From assembly GCA_000004985.1 (NCBI GenBank), contig GG738855.1: 64,000 nucleotides of DNA. The stretch is one strand, 5' to 3'. Origin of the DNA: Naegleria gruberi (lineage: Eukaryota). The translations under genes were made by a program, and so were the position numbers. Of the stretch, positions 30,045-40,948 are shown one piece after another. Numbering within the stretch: position 1 is the first letter of the stretch; each line of letters begins with the position of its first letter. The notes below the pieces were generated by a model. The model searched no databases. It was not told where the DNA came from and saw nothing but the letters and a program-made list of their open reading frames with translations.

Positions 30045-31303
30045 TTAATTAATTTCTTTCCTCAGTTTCATCCAATCCATTTCGAAATCCATCTTGTAAC
30101 CCATTCTATTGAAGAGATTGGCAAATTTTGTTCTTAAATAATCATAATCTGGTTTTTCCTCAAATTTCAGTTTCTTTACGTAGAGAAAGTATTGAGTAAA
30201 CTCGATTGGCAAGCCAGCGCATAATTGATTTATGGAAGTGTTCATCTTCTTTTCCATAATCTTTTCATACTTTTTCTGTCTATTGTTTGCCATGAGACCT
30301 TGCCAAGGTAAACTACCATTTAAGAAATATACAAATAAATAACCAATACTTTCCAAATCATCACGACGACTCTGTTCATAACCCAAGTGAGAGTTTGTAC
30401 TTGTATATCTTGCTGTACCTGTAAGAGATTTGTTCTTCCTCATTGGTATATGTTTGAGACCTTCTCCTTTTTCTTCAACCATATATCTCTTAGCGAGACC
30501 AAAGTCTAACATGTAGACGTGGTGACCTTTTTCTTTTCTTCCCATTAGAAAGTTTTCAGGTTTAACTATTAAGGTGTTGGATTAGAGCTAGTTACTAAAA
30601 AAAACTTACCATCTCTATGAATAAAATGTTTGTAATGCAAAAATTCAATTCTTGAAATTAATTGATCTGCCAAAATAAGAACAGTTTTCAATGAAAATCT
30701 TCTACTACAAAAACTAAATAAATCTTCCAAAGATGGGCCAAGACATTCAATTACCATTACATTGAAATCATCTTCTACTCCATACCAATACAATTTTGGA
30801 ATTCCTATCACAGTGGCTTCTTCTTGATGATGTTGTGTAACAGAGAGTACTTCTTGACTCTTTGATGTCCCAATACCTGTACTATTAGGGCTATTTCCAT
30901 GGTTCACATGTAAAGAAGCAGTATCAATAGATGTATTCAAAGCAGCTGAGGCTGCACTTAGAGTTTTCCTGCTTGTAGAGACTGGTAATCCCCAAAGAAT
31001 TTTATAGATTCTACTCTCCGCAAGCAATTGAGGGAATTTACATTTTACTTCTTCAAACTTGATGGCTACTTCTTGATTATTACTTATTATTTTACCTGCG
31101 TGAATAGTACCAAAACTTCCACTTCCTAGTTTTGCTCCTACTAAAAATCGTTTTCCTATTAATCTAGGTATTTGTGGTTTATATGACTGTTGTTGAGCAA
31201 CTTCTATTTGTTGTTGTTGCTGTACTGCTCGAACTCCATTGTCATTCGCTGTCCTATTATTTGGAGAGGAAGGAACGACTTGATTTGAATTTGGTGGATT
31301 CAT
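30045..31303 (-). CDS. Casein kinase I with a roughly 59-aa insertion in the N-lobe and a Q-rich N-terminal extension
   Basis: Model: complement(join(30045..30565,30610..31303)). The 44-nt intron (GTAAGT..AATAG) joins ..FIHRD to VKPENFLMG. Motifs are [48 protein letters not shown] and [10 protein letters not shown]. Confidence 0.9.
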
Positions 31304-31508
31304 GATGAAACAATAATACTACCAATACTACTACAAGGGTGTAAAGGTTTAATATACACGAAAAAGGATTATTGCCAATCCCTTAGTTTGTTGTTCGGAT
31401 ATTGATGATGAAATGGCCAGCGTGTTAGTTCAGCTTGCCCAATGATGATATTTTCTTTTATAAATATTGAAAGGCAGTAAATTTTACGGTTTTTCATCTC
31501 TATGTCTA

Positions 31509-31518
31509 TTGGCGCCAA
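31509..31518. promoter_or_regulatory. Perfect palindrome TTGGCGCCAA in the 622-nt divergent spacer between CK1 (206 nt away) and the GAF-domain gene (408 nt away)
   Basis: Read directly as gtctaTTGGCGCCAAcgcctc. Confidence 0.5.
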
Positions 31519-31925
31519 CGCCTCTCATGAAACCTTTTGGAACTATTATAAGTTTACTCACATCATCATAATTGTACATTATTCCTCTCTCTCAATAATT
31601 GCATATACTACATTCACTATTTGTGAGTGGAATGAAGACATCATCAGGACTTTATCCTAGCAAAACCTCACTTGATTTTCTTGGTATCTAGATTGCTTTA
31701 ATATATTCTACGAAACTTTTCAGTGATTGTCATTCTCAAAGACAATAAACCTAGCAACAACAACAGATTTAACGACTTTTTGTCTACAGTTTCACTATTA
31801 TCTAAGGAGAGAGAAAAAACAGCAGAAAAAAAAGAACTATCATCAACCTCTATTCGGGCTTGGTATAAAATTCATTGATACTAATCATTAACAATAATTG
31901 GATTATTGTTTCTGAACAATAAGAA

Positions 31926-34898
31926 ATGAGTACACTAGTAGGAGGAGGAAATTCCGTGAAGCTTGTCTCATCATCCTCTACAGGATCATTGACAGAAAAA
32001 CAGGCTCTTGGTACAAAATTACCAAGAAGTAGTAGTGAGTTGAGAATTACGGAAAAGACAACATTACAACCTCTCTCACCACTTTCATTCCATGATGAAG
32101 ATAACGAATTTGATGACAATAATCAACAAACTCCAGATAAAAAAGAGGAAGATAAATATCCAGAATTTAAAGTACCAGAATCGGAGTTAAAACAAACAAG
32201 TGATTATTTGAAATTTGTAGGTGATGATGTAGATTTGGATAAGGAAACAGATTCAGATCAAAGTGATGAAGAATTGGATTTAACATCAAATTCTGTTGGA
32301 GAAGATCCAAGATTGAGGAATGTCCACAATCTTCCTGAGGAATTCTTTTACAATCACGAAAAGCTGGGGAAAACAATGGATAGATTATTATCTATTTTTG
32401 ACGAAACTCTTATTTTCAAGACTGGGCAACTAATTGAATCAAAAGATAATGGAGGAAACCATCAAGTTAATATTGGTAAAGTTATTCAACCAAACATATT
32501 CTCTGAGAGTAGGAATGAGTTTGCCAAATGTTCCAAAAAAGTATCATTTCGTTTAAAGGAGATGGAGATTATTTTGAACACCAAGATTAATGATCTGAAA
32601 CAAGAATTGACCATTGCAAAGAAAGAGAAGGACGTAAAAGCACTAGAGTGGAAGGAAAGATATGATAAATTGCAAAAGAGATGGCAAGATGTAATCTCTG
32701 ACATGAACAGCTTACAAAAAGAAAAGGAAGAGATAAGAAAAGAAAGAGACTCACTCTATGGATTAGTTAGACTAAGTGAAACAATACCAGTTGTACCTCA
32801 TCACATTCAAATGCCAACATCTGTTTCTTTAAATGCATTTACTGACGAAGTTGACAAAACCCACCCTCCAATTTCTGAAACTCCTTCACTAATGACAAGT
32901 AAGGTCGAACCTGCCACTACACCAAACAGAATGACAAAAACAAATCTTTTGTCTAAGGAAATCTCTCCTAAACCCCAACGTCTGGAGATGCTTAAAGCTG
33001 TTTCCCAAAGATTGTTAACATCTATGGCGGATTCTCTCTCTTCACAAATGGCAACCATATTTCTCTATAACCCTAGGATTAACGAATTGCAAAGTTTTTG
33101 CATTGTTTGTAAATATGATTTTAACAATCCAGTATTGTATACATTAGTGGAAAATAAGAATCTAAGTAATGCAACACAATACTCGAATAATACACATATA
33201 CTGATTGGAGGACCAAAAGCATTCCCAAAGCAGATATCTGTTCCTGCAAATCAAGGAATCATTGGAGAGACCTTTGCAAAAACAACTGCTTTGAATATTT
33301 TCGATGTTCCAACATTCAAAAAGCATTACAGACAAATAGACAAAGATACTGGGCTTAAAACAAAGGTCGCAATTTCATATCCACTCATTACAAAGAAGAT
33401 GAATAATTGTTTTGGAGTTTTGGAAATTATGAATAAGACACCAAATCCAGATAATCTAGAAGAAATTGAACCTTATGACATTCAGGACGAAGCCAAAATG
33501 CATGAATATTCGACAATAATATCTGACCTTCTCGAAAGCGAAGCAGATTGCTTACCTTATTCAATTTTTGTTGGAAGAAGATCCAATACTCCCGTTGTTG
33601 CAAAAGAAAAGGATGATAAAAATACAGATCTTTCCAGGATCAATGTCACTAGGGTTTATGCACAAAATGCAATGAGAGTTTTTGAGGATTTGGAAGACTC
33701 GAGGACACCTGGAAGTCCGAGTAGCCCAGTTTCTAATCTTGCCCGTCCTACTAACGCTCTGGTTCCAAAAGATATTGAAGAGTACATTAAAAAGTTGGAA
33801 TCTTGTTGGAGGAAATCGGTGAGTGAAACAGCTCAATTCAAGAATGCTGCCACTCAATTGGAAGATCAATTAAATGACAGACAGGGGTATATCAAAAATT
33901 TGGAGAGAAAAGTTGGTGAAATGGAGAAAAATATGGAAGAAGCAAGGGATAAGATGATTTCAGACTTTAAGGAACAAAAGATTGCCAAGCAAGAGTGGAA
34001 AATTAAAGAAAATGAAATGAGAGTGGAATTGGATTTTATTAAAAAGGCTCACAATACCATTGTACAGGAACACATGTTCAGATTGAAGGAAGAAAGTATC
34101 AAGTCACTCTTACTACCTGTGAACCAGAATGAATCGAACTCTTCAAAACCTTCACCCCCACAGCCCCAACAGGAAGCTAAAAGAGATCGAGTTGAATTGC
34201 CCTATCTTGACAAGACTGTAAACCAATCGAAAAGGGTTCAAAATAATAGCACGAACAGTGGCTCCTCAAGAAAGACACCTGTAACAAAGAATGAAAGAGT
34301 CTCTATTGATTTTGCTGAGAGAAATTCTGTATACTATCCGCCAATATTTTACGAGCTTTTTTCTCAATACGCTCTCCCAACTTTGATTCTCAATAGCAAA
34401 TTTAGAATTTGGAAGTACAATGTAAGATTCCTCACTTTAATTGGTTGCAAGACTGAGCAGAACGAAATATTCCTCTCTCAAATATTGGGAATGCAATTTT
34501 CTGATATTTGTGTTGGTATTGAGGCTGATGCTCTGCCGAGACTATTGCAGTATGATGTTTTGCAAGGTTTGGGAATTGCCAAGTTGGGAAATGACAATTC
34601 AACTGATGCATTTAACTCTAATGGATCTAGGTCAGCCTCTCCAATTTTGAATAATTCAGGATTCAATACTTTAGATTTGCGATCAGACTCGAAATCTCCA
34701 ACTCAAAATCTACTTAGTAAGAAGACGTTTGTGAGAGTGACTGCCTACATCAGCAAACTAGGTCAAAATGGACAAAAGTTTTCTACCTACCAAGGAGGAT
34801 CTAAAATATCAGCCTCTCCTATCATGGATGAATCATCTGTTGGTAACAGTAATACATTAATTAAGGGACCTCTCTACAGCATTATTTTCACCAAATAA
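31926..34898 (+). CDS. GAF-domain protein with coiled-coil segments (990 aa)
   Basis: A single ORF. The central segment LLTSMADSLSSQMATIFLYNPRINELQSF....ISVPANQGIIGETFAKTTALNIFDV....ISYPLITKKMNNCFGVLEIMNK has the GAF pattern (..a.l.l.d.....l.......p...Gi.G.v...g..l.i.D.......P......viGVle..nk). Coiled-coil regions flank it. I recognise no catalytic output domain. Confidence 0.6.
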   Translation: MSTLVGGGNSVKLVSSSSTGSLTEKQALGTKLPRSSSELRITEKTTLQPLSPLSFHDEDNEFDDNNQQTPDKKEEDKYPEFKVPESELKQTSDYLKFVGDDVDLDKETDSDQSDEELDLTSNSVGEDPRLRNVHNLPEEFFYNHEKLGKTMDRLLSIFDETLIFKTGQLIESKDNGGNHQVNIGKVIQPNIFSESRNEFAKCSKKVSFRLKEMEIILNTKINDLKQELTIAKKEKDVKALEWKERYDKLQKRWQDVISDMNSLQKEKEEIRKERDSLYGLVRLSETIPVVPHHIQMPTSVSLNAFTDEVDKTHPPISETPSLMTSKVEPATTPNRMTKTNLLSKEISPKPQRLEMLKAVSQRLLTSMADSLSSQMATIFLYNPRINELQSFCIVCKYDFNNPVLYTLVENKNLSNATQYSNNTHILIGGPKAFPKQISVPANQGIIGETFAKTTALNIFDVPTFKKHYRQIDKDTGLKTKVAISYPLITKKMNNCFGVLEIMNKTPNPDNLEEIEPYDIQDEAKMHEYSTIISDLLESEADCLPYSIFVGRRSNTPVVAKEKDDKNTDLSRINVTRVYAQNAMRVFEDLEDSRTPGSPSSPVSNLARPTNALVPKDIEEYIKKLESCWRKSVSETAQFKNAATQLEDQLNDRQGYIKNLERKVGEMEKNMEEARDKMISDFKEQKIAKQEWKIKENEMRVELDFIKKAHNTIVQEHMFRLKEESIKSLLLPVNQNESNSSKPSPPQPQQEAKRDRVELPYLDKTVNQSKRVQNNSTNSGSSRKTPVTKNERVSIDFAERNSVYYPPIFYELFSQYALPTLILNSKFRIWKYNVRFLTLIGCKTEQNEIFLSQILGMQFSDICVGIEADALPRLLQYDVLQGLGIAKLGNDNSTDAFNSNGSRSASPILNNSGFNTLDLRSDSKSPTQNLLSKKTFVRVTAYISKLGQNGQKFSTYQGGSKISASPIMDESSVGNSNTLIKGPLYSIIFTK

Positions 34899-35011
34899 CA
34901 ATAAAGAGTCGCACTTAATTTGAAACCCACTTTCTCCTTTGTTACAAAAAAAGATTCCAAACAATATCTTGTTCTCTAATGAAAACCGATTAACTGTTGG
35001 TTTGCCACACA

Positions 35012-37813
35012 ATGACCGAACATGATCATCATGAAGAAGAGAACAAACATGCTACTAGTTTACCGACAGGTTCCATAGAATTGGATGAAGTCATAACAAC
35101 AATTTCAACGACAAATAATCAATTGCAACAAACTTCTAATAACCATTCCGAAAATTCATCATCAAATCATTCTTCAACAACCTCTACAACAACTCGGAAT
35201 CACCCTAACCTTCCGGAAATAATAATTCCAAAGAATGAAGATATTATCGTAGCCATTTCCAAACATCATACCTCTCCAAATTCTCACCATATTCCCAATA
35301 ATAATACATCTACAGATATTGTCTTTGAGGATAATGGTGAATCCAATACTAGTTTTATGAATACAGAAGATGATATAATTTCAGATTCAACACAAGAGGA
35401 AAACCTCTATGATGATATTGTTCTATCAAATCCGACCCAACCAAACTCTGCGCGATCCAATAGTAACAATAGTACGGCAACAACAACAAGTAGTAACCAA
35501 CCCTCTCCTCTTCAACAATTAAACATTCAGCCCCATCATCAAATACAGGATGGTAGAGTTTCTCCCTCTGCAAATCCCTATCCGACAAGTTCTAATTCAT
35601 CAATTAAACAACAACATTCGGTAATCACGACTCCATCTCCTCCTTCGATTCCTTTTTCATCAGCTGCTACAAGACACCATGTAAATAATAATACACCAAC
35701 ATCATCACTACACAAACATACCACCACTACACCAACCGTAAATATATCAAGACATTATAGTGGCACCAGTAACAAATCTGATATTATCAGTATTGAATCA
35801 TCTTACTCTGAAACTTCGAGTTACAAAGCTAAAAGACATAGAGAAAGGAATATACAATACCAAACCAATACTGTATCTGAAAGGTCAAACAATTCTCATA
35901 GACAATCCAAATTACCTCCCTCTCTCATTTCTGATTTTACACCAAATAGAAACTCTCTAGTAAGGTTTCAAGAAGATAATATCATTGATAATAATTTACA
36001 TCATCAAATTTCCAAGAGACTCACATCCTCTCCAAGGGCTGAAGATGATCAAAGAATGATTGCAAGCAATTTCTTCACCAATGCCTCAGTGCCTAATCTT
36101 TTATCAATTGGAAGTAATATTTTCTTTTCTGGAAACAAGACCTCTACTGTCACAAGTAATAATGTAGACAAGTATAAGGATACTACAAATGTTCTAAGCT
36201 TACCAGATAATATTATGCTGCACATTTTCTCATTTGTTGGAATTCAATATGCAGAGGATAACAATTACAACATGCTCTGTAAGAGGTGGTATGTCTTGTT
36301 GTGCTTGGATTATTTGTGGAAGGAGAGATACTTTAATTTTTTCAATTCGAGATCAATTCAAGCAAATCCAATGCTTCTTTCATATTCTAAAGATTTTGAT
36401 TTTCCTCAAAGAAGCAAATTTAGATATAATTTAATCTTATTGAGAAAGAAGAAGCACCTCCTCAAGCAACGTCTTCTATCTCAAAACAGACACGAAAAAT
36501 CAAGAAGATACTTCCTATTCAACTCATTTGTATTGAATCCATTAGTTGCAATAATATGTTTCATGATTTCCACTGTAGTGTTTGGCCTACAAGAGGATGG
36601 TGTAATTCCAAAGAATGATAGAAATACTTTACTCTTTGTTTTTTTGCCTTTCTTCACATCATTCCTGTTTTCCATTGTTGGAAATGTTTCACTTGGTTTG
36701 AGAGAGACCATTTTCTGCAAGAATGGATTTTATGACATTTCTCACTTTATCCATTTTCTTGTTATTGTACTCGGACAGTACACATTCTATTTTTGCTCTT
36801 TACTGTTTGGTTTAAAGTGGTTTTGGTTTAAAACCTCTTTATGGACTTCCTTCTCCATTCCATGCCTTTGTATCTATATCATGTTTGTTGGATTTTGCTT
36901 TGCATATATTTTGCATAAGTATGTCAAAAGAAGAATTCAATTCCAAGATATGAGAAAGGATAGACCCAACCTGAGTGTAAATAGTCCTGAATACTTTTAT
37001 TTTGCTTATAGACTGAGATCTCATAAGAGAAGAGAATTCTACTCAAAAGCCAAATATATTGCACAACCATACGATGATGATTTTATAGAGTTGAGTGAAG
37101 ATGAAGATATGGGAAATGATACAGATGAGGATCTTGAGGATACTTTTGATGACTCTACTGCATTTGATGATGAAACTGAAACAACATCAAGAAAAACTGA
37201 TGAAATGGTTTCAACACCAAAGACCAGGGAAAGAAAGAAAGAGACAGCCAAGCTTTCTGTCTTTAAAGAGTTTGATAATCAAATGCATATTCAAGATATT
37301 ACTGACATATCCACACTTACCATTATTGTATTTATATTTCTCATACTATTTATGGTAGGATTGGAGATGATTCTGGTACCCCTCAAAATTGATGGGATTA
37401 TTGTATCTTCTTGGAGTTCTGTGTTTGTACCTCTATGGATAGTAATGTTCATTCTTTTATGTGGATTGCCGTCGTGGATAACATGGGAAATTTGCACCAA
37501 AACCAATTTAGACAAGAAAACAATAAGCACTTCAGTGGATGTCATTACTGAAGAATTTTCAAAGGCAACCACCAAAAATAAGAATGACCCAGAAAGATAC
37601 CAACGAGCATATTATTCGTTTGTTGCATGTCCATGGTGTTTTACCATTCCATTGTTTGTTGCTTTGGTTGTTCTTGCAGCCACTCTTGATGGAGCCAACA
37701 TTCCATATGTTGTTTCCTGTGCATTATTTGCATTTTGTGAGTTTGTAATTGGTGGCCTTTACTTGATGATTGTTATACCTTATACTCTAGCACACAACGT
37801 TTGGGATGTTTGA
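35012..37813 (+). CDS. F-box-like domain fused to a polytopic membrane domain (paralogue of 19945..22182)
   Basis: ORF 34997..37813, with the first ATG at 35012. The F-box-like segment is LPDNIMLHIFSFVGIQYAEDNNYNMLCKRWYVLLCLDYLWKERYF. Two blocks of hydrophobic helices follow, separated by an acidic loop (DDDFIELSEDEDMGNDTDEDLED). Confidence 0.75.
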   Translation: MTEHDHHEEENKHATSLPTGSIELDEVITTISTTNNQLQQTSNNHSENSSSNHSSTTSTTTRNHPNLPEIIIPKNEDIIVAISKHHTSPNSHHIPNNNTSTDIVFEDNGESNTSFMNTEDDIISDSTQEENLYDDIVLSNPTQPNSARSNSNNSTATTTSSNQPSPLQQLNIQPHHQIQDGRVSPSANPYPTSSNSSIKQQHSVITTPSPPSIPFSSAATRHHVNNNTPTSSLHKHTTTTPTVNISRHYSGTSNKSDIISIESSYSETSSYKAKRHRERNIQYQTNTVSERSNNSHRQSKLPPSLISDFTPNRNSLVRFQEDNIIDNNLHHQISKRLTSSPRAEDDQRMIASNFFTNASVPNLLSIGSNIFFSGNKTSTVTSNNVDKYKDTTNVLSLPDNIMLHIFSFVGIQYAEDNNYNMLCKRWYVLLCLDYLWKERYFNFFNSRSIQANPMLLSYSKDFDFPQRSKFRYNLILLRKKKHLLKQRLLSQNRHEKSRRYFLFNSFVLNPLVAIICFMISTVVFGLQEDGVIPKNDRNTLLFVFLPFFTSFLFSIVGNVSLGLRETIFCKNGFYDISHFIHFLVIVLGQYTFYFCSLLFGLKWFWFKTSLWTSFSIPCLCIYIMFVGFCFAYILHKYVKRRIQFQDMRKDRPNLSVNSPEYFYFAYRLRSHKRREFYSKAKYIAQPYDDDFIELSEDEDMGNDTDEDLEDTFDDSTAFDDETETTSRKTDEMVSTPKTRERKKETAKLSVFKEFDNQMHIQDITDISTLTIIVFIFLILFMVGLEMILVPLKIDGIIVSSWSSVFVPLWIVMFILLCGLPSWITWEICTKTNLDKKTISTSVDVITEEFSKATTKNKNDPERYQRAYYSFVACPWCFTIPLFVALVVLAATLDGANIPYVVSCALFAFCEFVIGGLYLMIVIPYTLAHNVWDV

Positions 37814-38065
37814 GATTCTTTATTTGCCAAATCCAAATGAAATTCAAAATATCCTCCGTCAAAATAAATTTAAAAATGACAAGTGAATCTCAATTTAAGT
37901 AAGAGAGAATAAAGGGATTGAAATCATTGAATTTGTAATGCTCGCCCTTAGTTTAGAGTCATACAGACAGTGCGCGTATGTTATAATGTTTCACCTCTTA
38001 AACATGCAATATTCAAATTTAAACAAATCAAATAGAGAAAGTTGAAAAAAATTAATTCAAACATC

Positions 38066-39446
38066 ATGAATACTCAACACCTTTCTAATGAGCCATTCCA
38101 TAACACAATACCCTACCTGGAGCTTCTAGGCGTAACTGAATCTCTGGCCAGCAATTCAACAAGTAGCAGCAAAGGTATCAATTTTACTTCTGGCAAAATA
38201 CCTGAAGCTGCTGAAAACATTGGAAGTCTGGTCAATTCTGGCTTCTTCATATTGACTTTAGTTCCTGTTTTTATCATCCTAATTGCCTTTTATTATAAAC
38301 AAAGACAAGAGATGAAACGTAACCAGAGATTACTTTTCATTCTCGTGGCCATCCTAATTGTGGTGGAGGTTGTTGGGTTGTGCATTAGAGTTGTCTACAA
38401 TGCAACTGCACTTCACATGAACCAAATCGATTGGCAATCACTGCCTGACTTGCCTAGTTACAGAATTGTATTGTGGATTTCAGGTGTCTTGGAAAATGCT
38501 ATTGTCTATTCAGTCGTTGTAGCCATCACACTCATTATGGCCTTCGTTCAAGATATTTTGTAAGTTTATCACATTTATTCATGTTGAAATATTAAAGTTA
38601 TTTAGTTTGACAACTGCTGCAGCTGCTGGTTCCATGTCTAAAAAAGTTTACAGAAGATTACGTTACTCACTCATTGTTTTCTCAGTTGTGGCTTCCATCA
38701 TCTTGGGTCTTGTCATTGTAATTAATGCAACACTCAATTTACTAGTGAAAATGTCTATTATTGATAAGAATGCTGGTATTCCACTCCAAGTAGTTCTTTT
38801 AATTGTTTATTTCCTCACAAGTGTCCTCACACTCATTGTATTTTCAATTGTGGCAATCAGATTAATTGGTATTGTGAAAAAAACTTCAAGCAACATTTCC
38901 AGTGCAGTTTCTCCAACTCAAAAGAAGAAACAAAAAAAGGATGTGCCTTATATGAAGATTGTTGGCTTAATGTTTGGTATGATTATCAGTTCCTTCTTTC
39001 AAATCTTGTCAGCAATTATTGGCTTCCTCACCTCTTCATTTGCAGGATATTTACACATTTTGGACTATTTCTGCCAAGCTGTTGGTATTCTAATCTTTGT
39101 CGTTTTCGTTTTATTGTTGTACAATCCATTGTGGAGACGTGAAGTTGCTGAAGATCAACAACGTGCTTTGGATGATACTCAAACAGATACCTCTTCTCAC
39201 ACTCATCCAAATGCAACAAGAAAGAGTTTGAAAATTGAAACTACTTCCAAAATGCAACAATTAGATGATTTGGAAATGACACCTGTCTCACCAATGGTGC
39301 AATCTCCAAAGGCAGAGACAATCACAACAATGAGTGGAGCTGGAGAGGGTTCATCACTAGCTAATTCAATCGTTAATGGAGAATCTCAAGATGAAAACTC
39401 TCATTCTTTGATGGGAAATACTGAAACACCTCAATCTGTTGTTTAA
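38066..39446 (+). CDS. Seven-transmembrane receptor-like protein
   Basis: Model: join(38066..38559,38606..39446) with a 46-nt intron (GTAAGT..TTTAG). I count seven hydrophobic helices, with a basic loop between helices 5 and 6 (KKTSSNISSAVSPTQKKKQKKD). Helix 7 ends LLLYNPLW (NPxxY-like), followed by a hydrophilic tail. Confidence 0.6.
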
Positions 39447-39614
39447 GCTAAGATCACGTCATAACAGCTATTATTGTATCATATATCCTCAAAACATTAA
39501 GAAATAACCCTTTAAATATGAAATGCAGAGTCTATTAATAAATATTGATTTTATTCGCTTTCAAAATTTTGTAATCTCTATATTTTGTTTTTCAACCAGG
39601 TCAATTGAATTAAT

Positions 39615-40811
39615 TTAAGCAAGACGTTCAATAACAACTGCTGAAGCACCACCACCACCATTACAAATGGAAGCACAACCAATTTCTTGATTTCTATGTT
39701 GGAGAGCACTGATCAAAGTACAGAGAATTCTAGCACCTGAACAACCAATTGGGTGACCCAATGAAACAGCACCACCAAAGATGTTTACATTACTAACATC
39801 CAATCCAAGAATCTTCATATTAGCAAGGGCAACAACAGAGAAAGCTTCATTAACTTCCCACAAATCAACATCACCAATATTAACACCAGCATGTCTCAAA
39901 GCAATTGGAACAGCAGCAGAAGGAGCAGTTGGGAAATCAATTGGAGCCTTTTCAGCATCACCATAACCCAAAATTCTAGCAATTGGCTTCAAACCAGCAT
40001 TCTTGGCCTTTTGTTCACTCATCAAAACTAAAGCAGCACCACCATCAGACAGTGTGGAAGCATTGGCAGCGGTGACAGTACCATCCTTCATAAAAACTGG
40101 CTTGAGTTGTGGAACCTTATCAAAGTTAATGTTAGTATATTCTTCATCTTTTTGGAGATAGCTGACAACATCACCCTTCTTCTTTGTTGGAAGAGCAATC
40201 GAGAACATTTCATTAGCCATATATCCCTTTTCATTAGCTTCACGAGCTCTATTATATGATTCAATTGCATAGTTATCTTGATCTTCACGAGTAATACCAA
40301 ATGATTTGGCAGTATGTTCAGCACACCAACCCATATGTTCATTACTGAAGGCATCAGTCAAACCATCCTTCAAAATTGAGTCAACCAATTTACCATCACC
40401 TAATCTGTGACCAGATCTTCCGTGTGGAACATAATATGGTGCATTACTCATAGATTCAAAACCACCAGCAACAACACAATTATGGATTCCTAATTCAATT
40501 GATTGAGTACCATACATGACAGCCTTCATACCAGAAGCACACATCTTGTTGAGTGTTGTACAAACGACACTATCTGGAAGACCAGCATGAATACAAGCTT
40601 GGCGAGCTGGAGCTTGACCCAAATTAGCAGAAATAACATTGCCCATAATTACTTCTTGTACTTCGGAGAGTGTAACACCTGATTTTTGAAGGGCAGAACG
40701 AATGGCCAATGAACCTAATTTTGGTGCATCAAATCCAGAGAGTTTACCAAGGAAGGAACCGATTGGTGTTCTTTGAGCGGCAACAATAACAGCACGAGTC
40801 TTTAAAGTCAT
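39615..40811 (-). CDS. Acetyl-CoA C-acetyltransferase (acetoacetyl-CoA thiolase)
   Basis: ATG at 40811 after an A-run; the track ORF extends upstream only through an alternative start. Motifs include the active-site Cys region LNKMCASGMKAV, NEAFSVVALAN, GGAVSLGHPIGCSGARIL and ASICNGGGGASAVVIE. Confidence 0.92.
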   Translation of the reverse strand: MTLKTRAVIVAAQRTPIGSFLGKLSGFDAPKLGSLAIRSALQKSGVTLSEVQEVIMGNVISANLGQAPARQACIHAGLPDSVVCTTLNKMCASGMKAVMYGTQSIELGIHNCVVAGGFESMSNAPYYVPHGRSGHRLGDGKLVDSILKDGLTDAFSNEHMGWCAEHTAKSFGITREDQDNYAIESYNRAREANEKGYMANEMFSIALPTKKKGDVVSYLQKDEEYTNINFDKVPQLKPVFMKDGTVTAANASTLSDGGAALVLMSEQKAKNAGLKPIARILGYGDAEKAPIDFPTAPSAAVPIALRHAGVNIGDVDLWEVNEAFSVVALANMKILGLDVSNVNIFGGAVSLGHPIGCSGARILCTLISALQHRNQEIGCASICNGGGGASAVVIERLA

Positions 40812-40948
40812 TTTTTTATAATAATTTAATAAATAAATTTTCGCGTTTTTCCATTCAACCAAGAGTATGGACCATTTTAGTTTTGGAAGGAAAAGCGGAT
40901 CTCCATTTTGTAAAGTTAAGCTCAATTGAAATTAATTAATTGAATAAG

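Noticed and set aside
30812-30988. The CK1 insertion considered as an unspliced intron
   Set aside because: It is in frame, has no stop codons, and is less AT-rich than the real introns. The only GT..AG pair bracketing it (GTCTCT..GATAG) has a length of 3n+1 and would break the frame.
31395-31450. Two TGATGA motifs about 40 nt apart in the CK1/GAF spacer, considered as a possible C/D snoRNA
   Set aside because: No CTGA D box on the same strand and no terminal complementarity.
40812-40925. An upstream extension of the thiolase ORF (track start 40925), and a possible PTS2 in MTLKTRAVIVAAQR
   Set aside because: The extension begins with a non-ATG codon and encodes non-conserved sequence, whereas the ATG at 40811 has the A-run context and aligns with thiolase N-termini. 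RAVIVAAQR does not fit the PTS2 consensus at positions 2 and 9.
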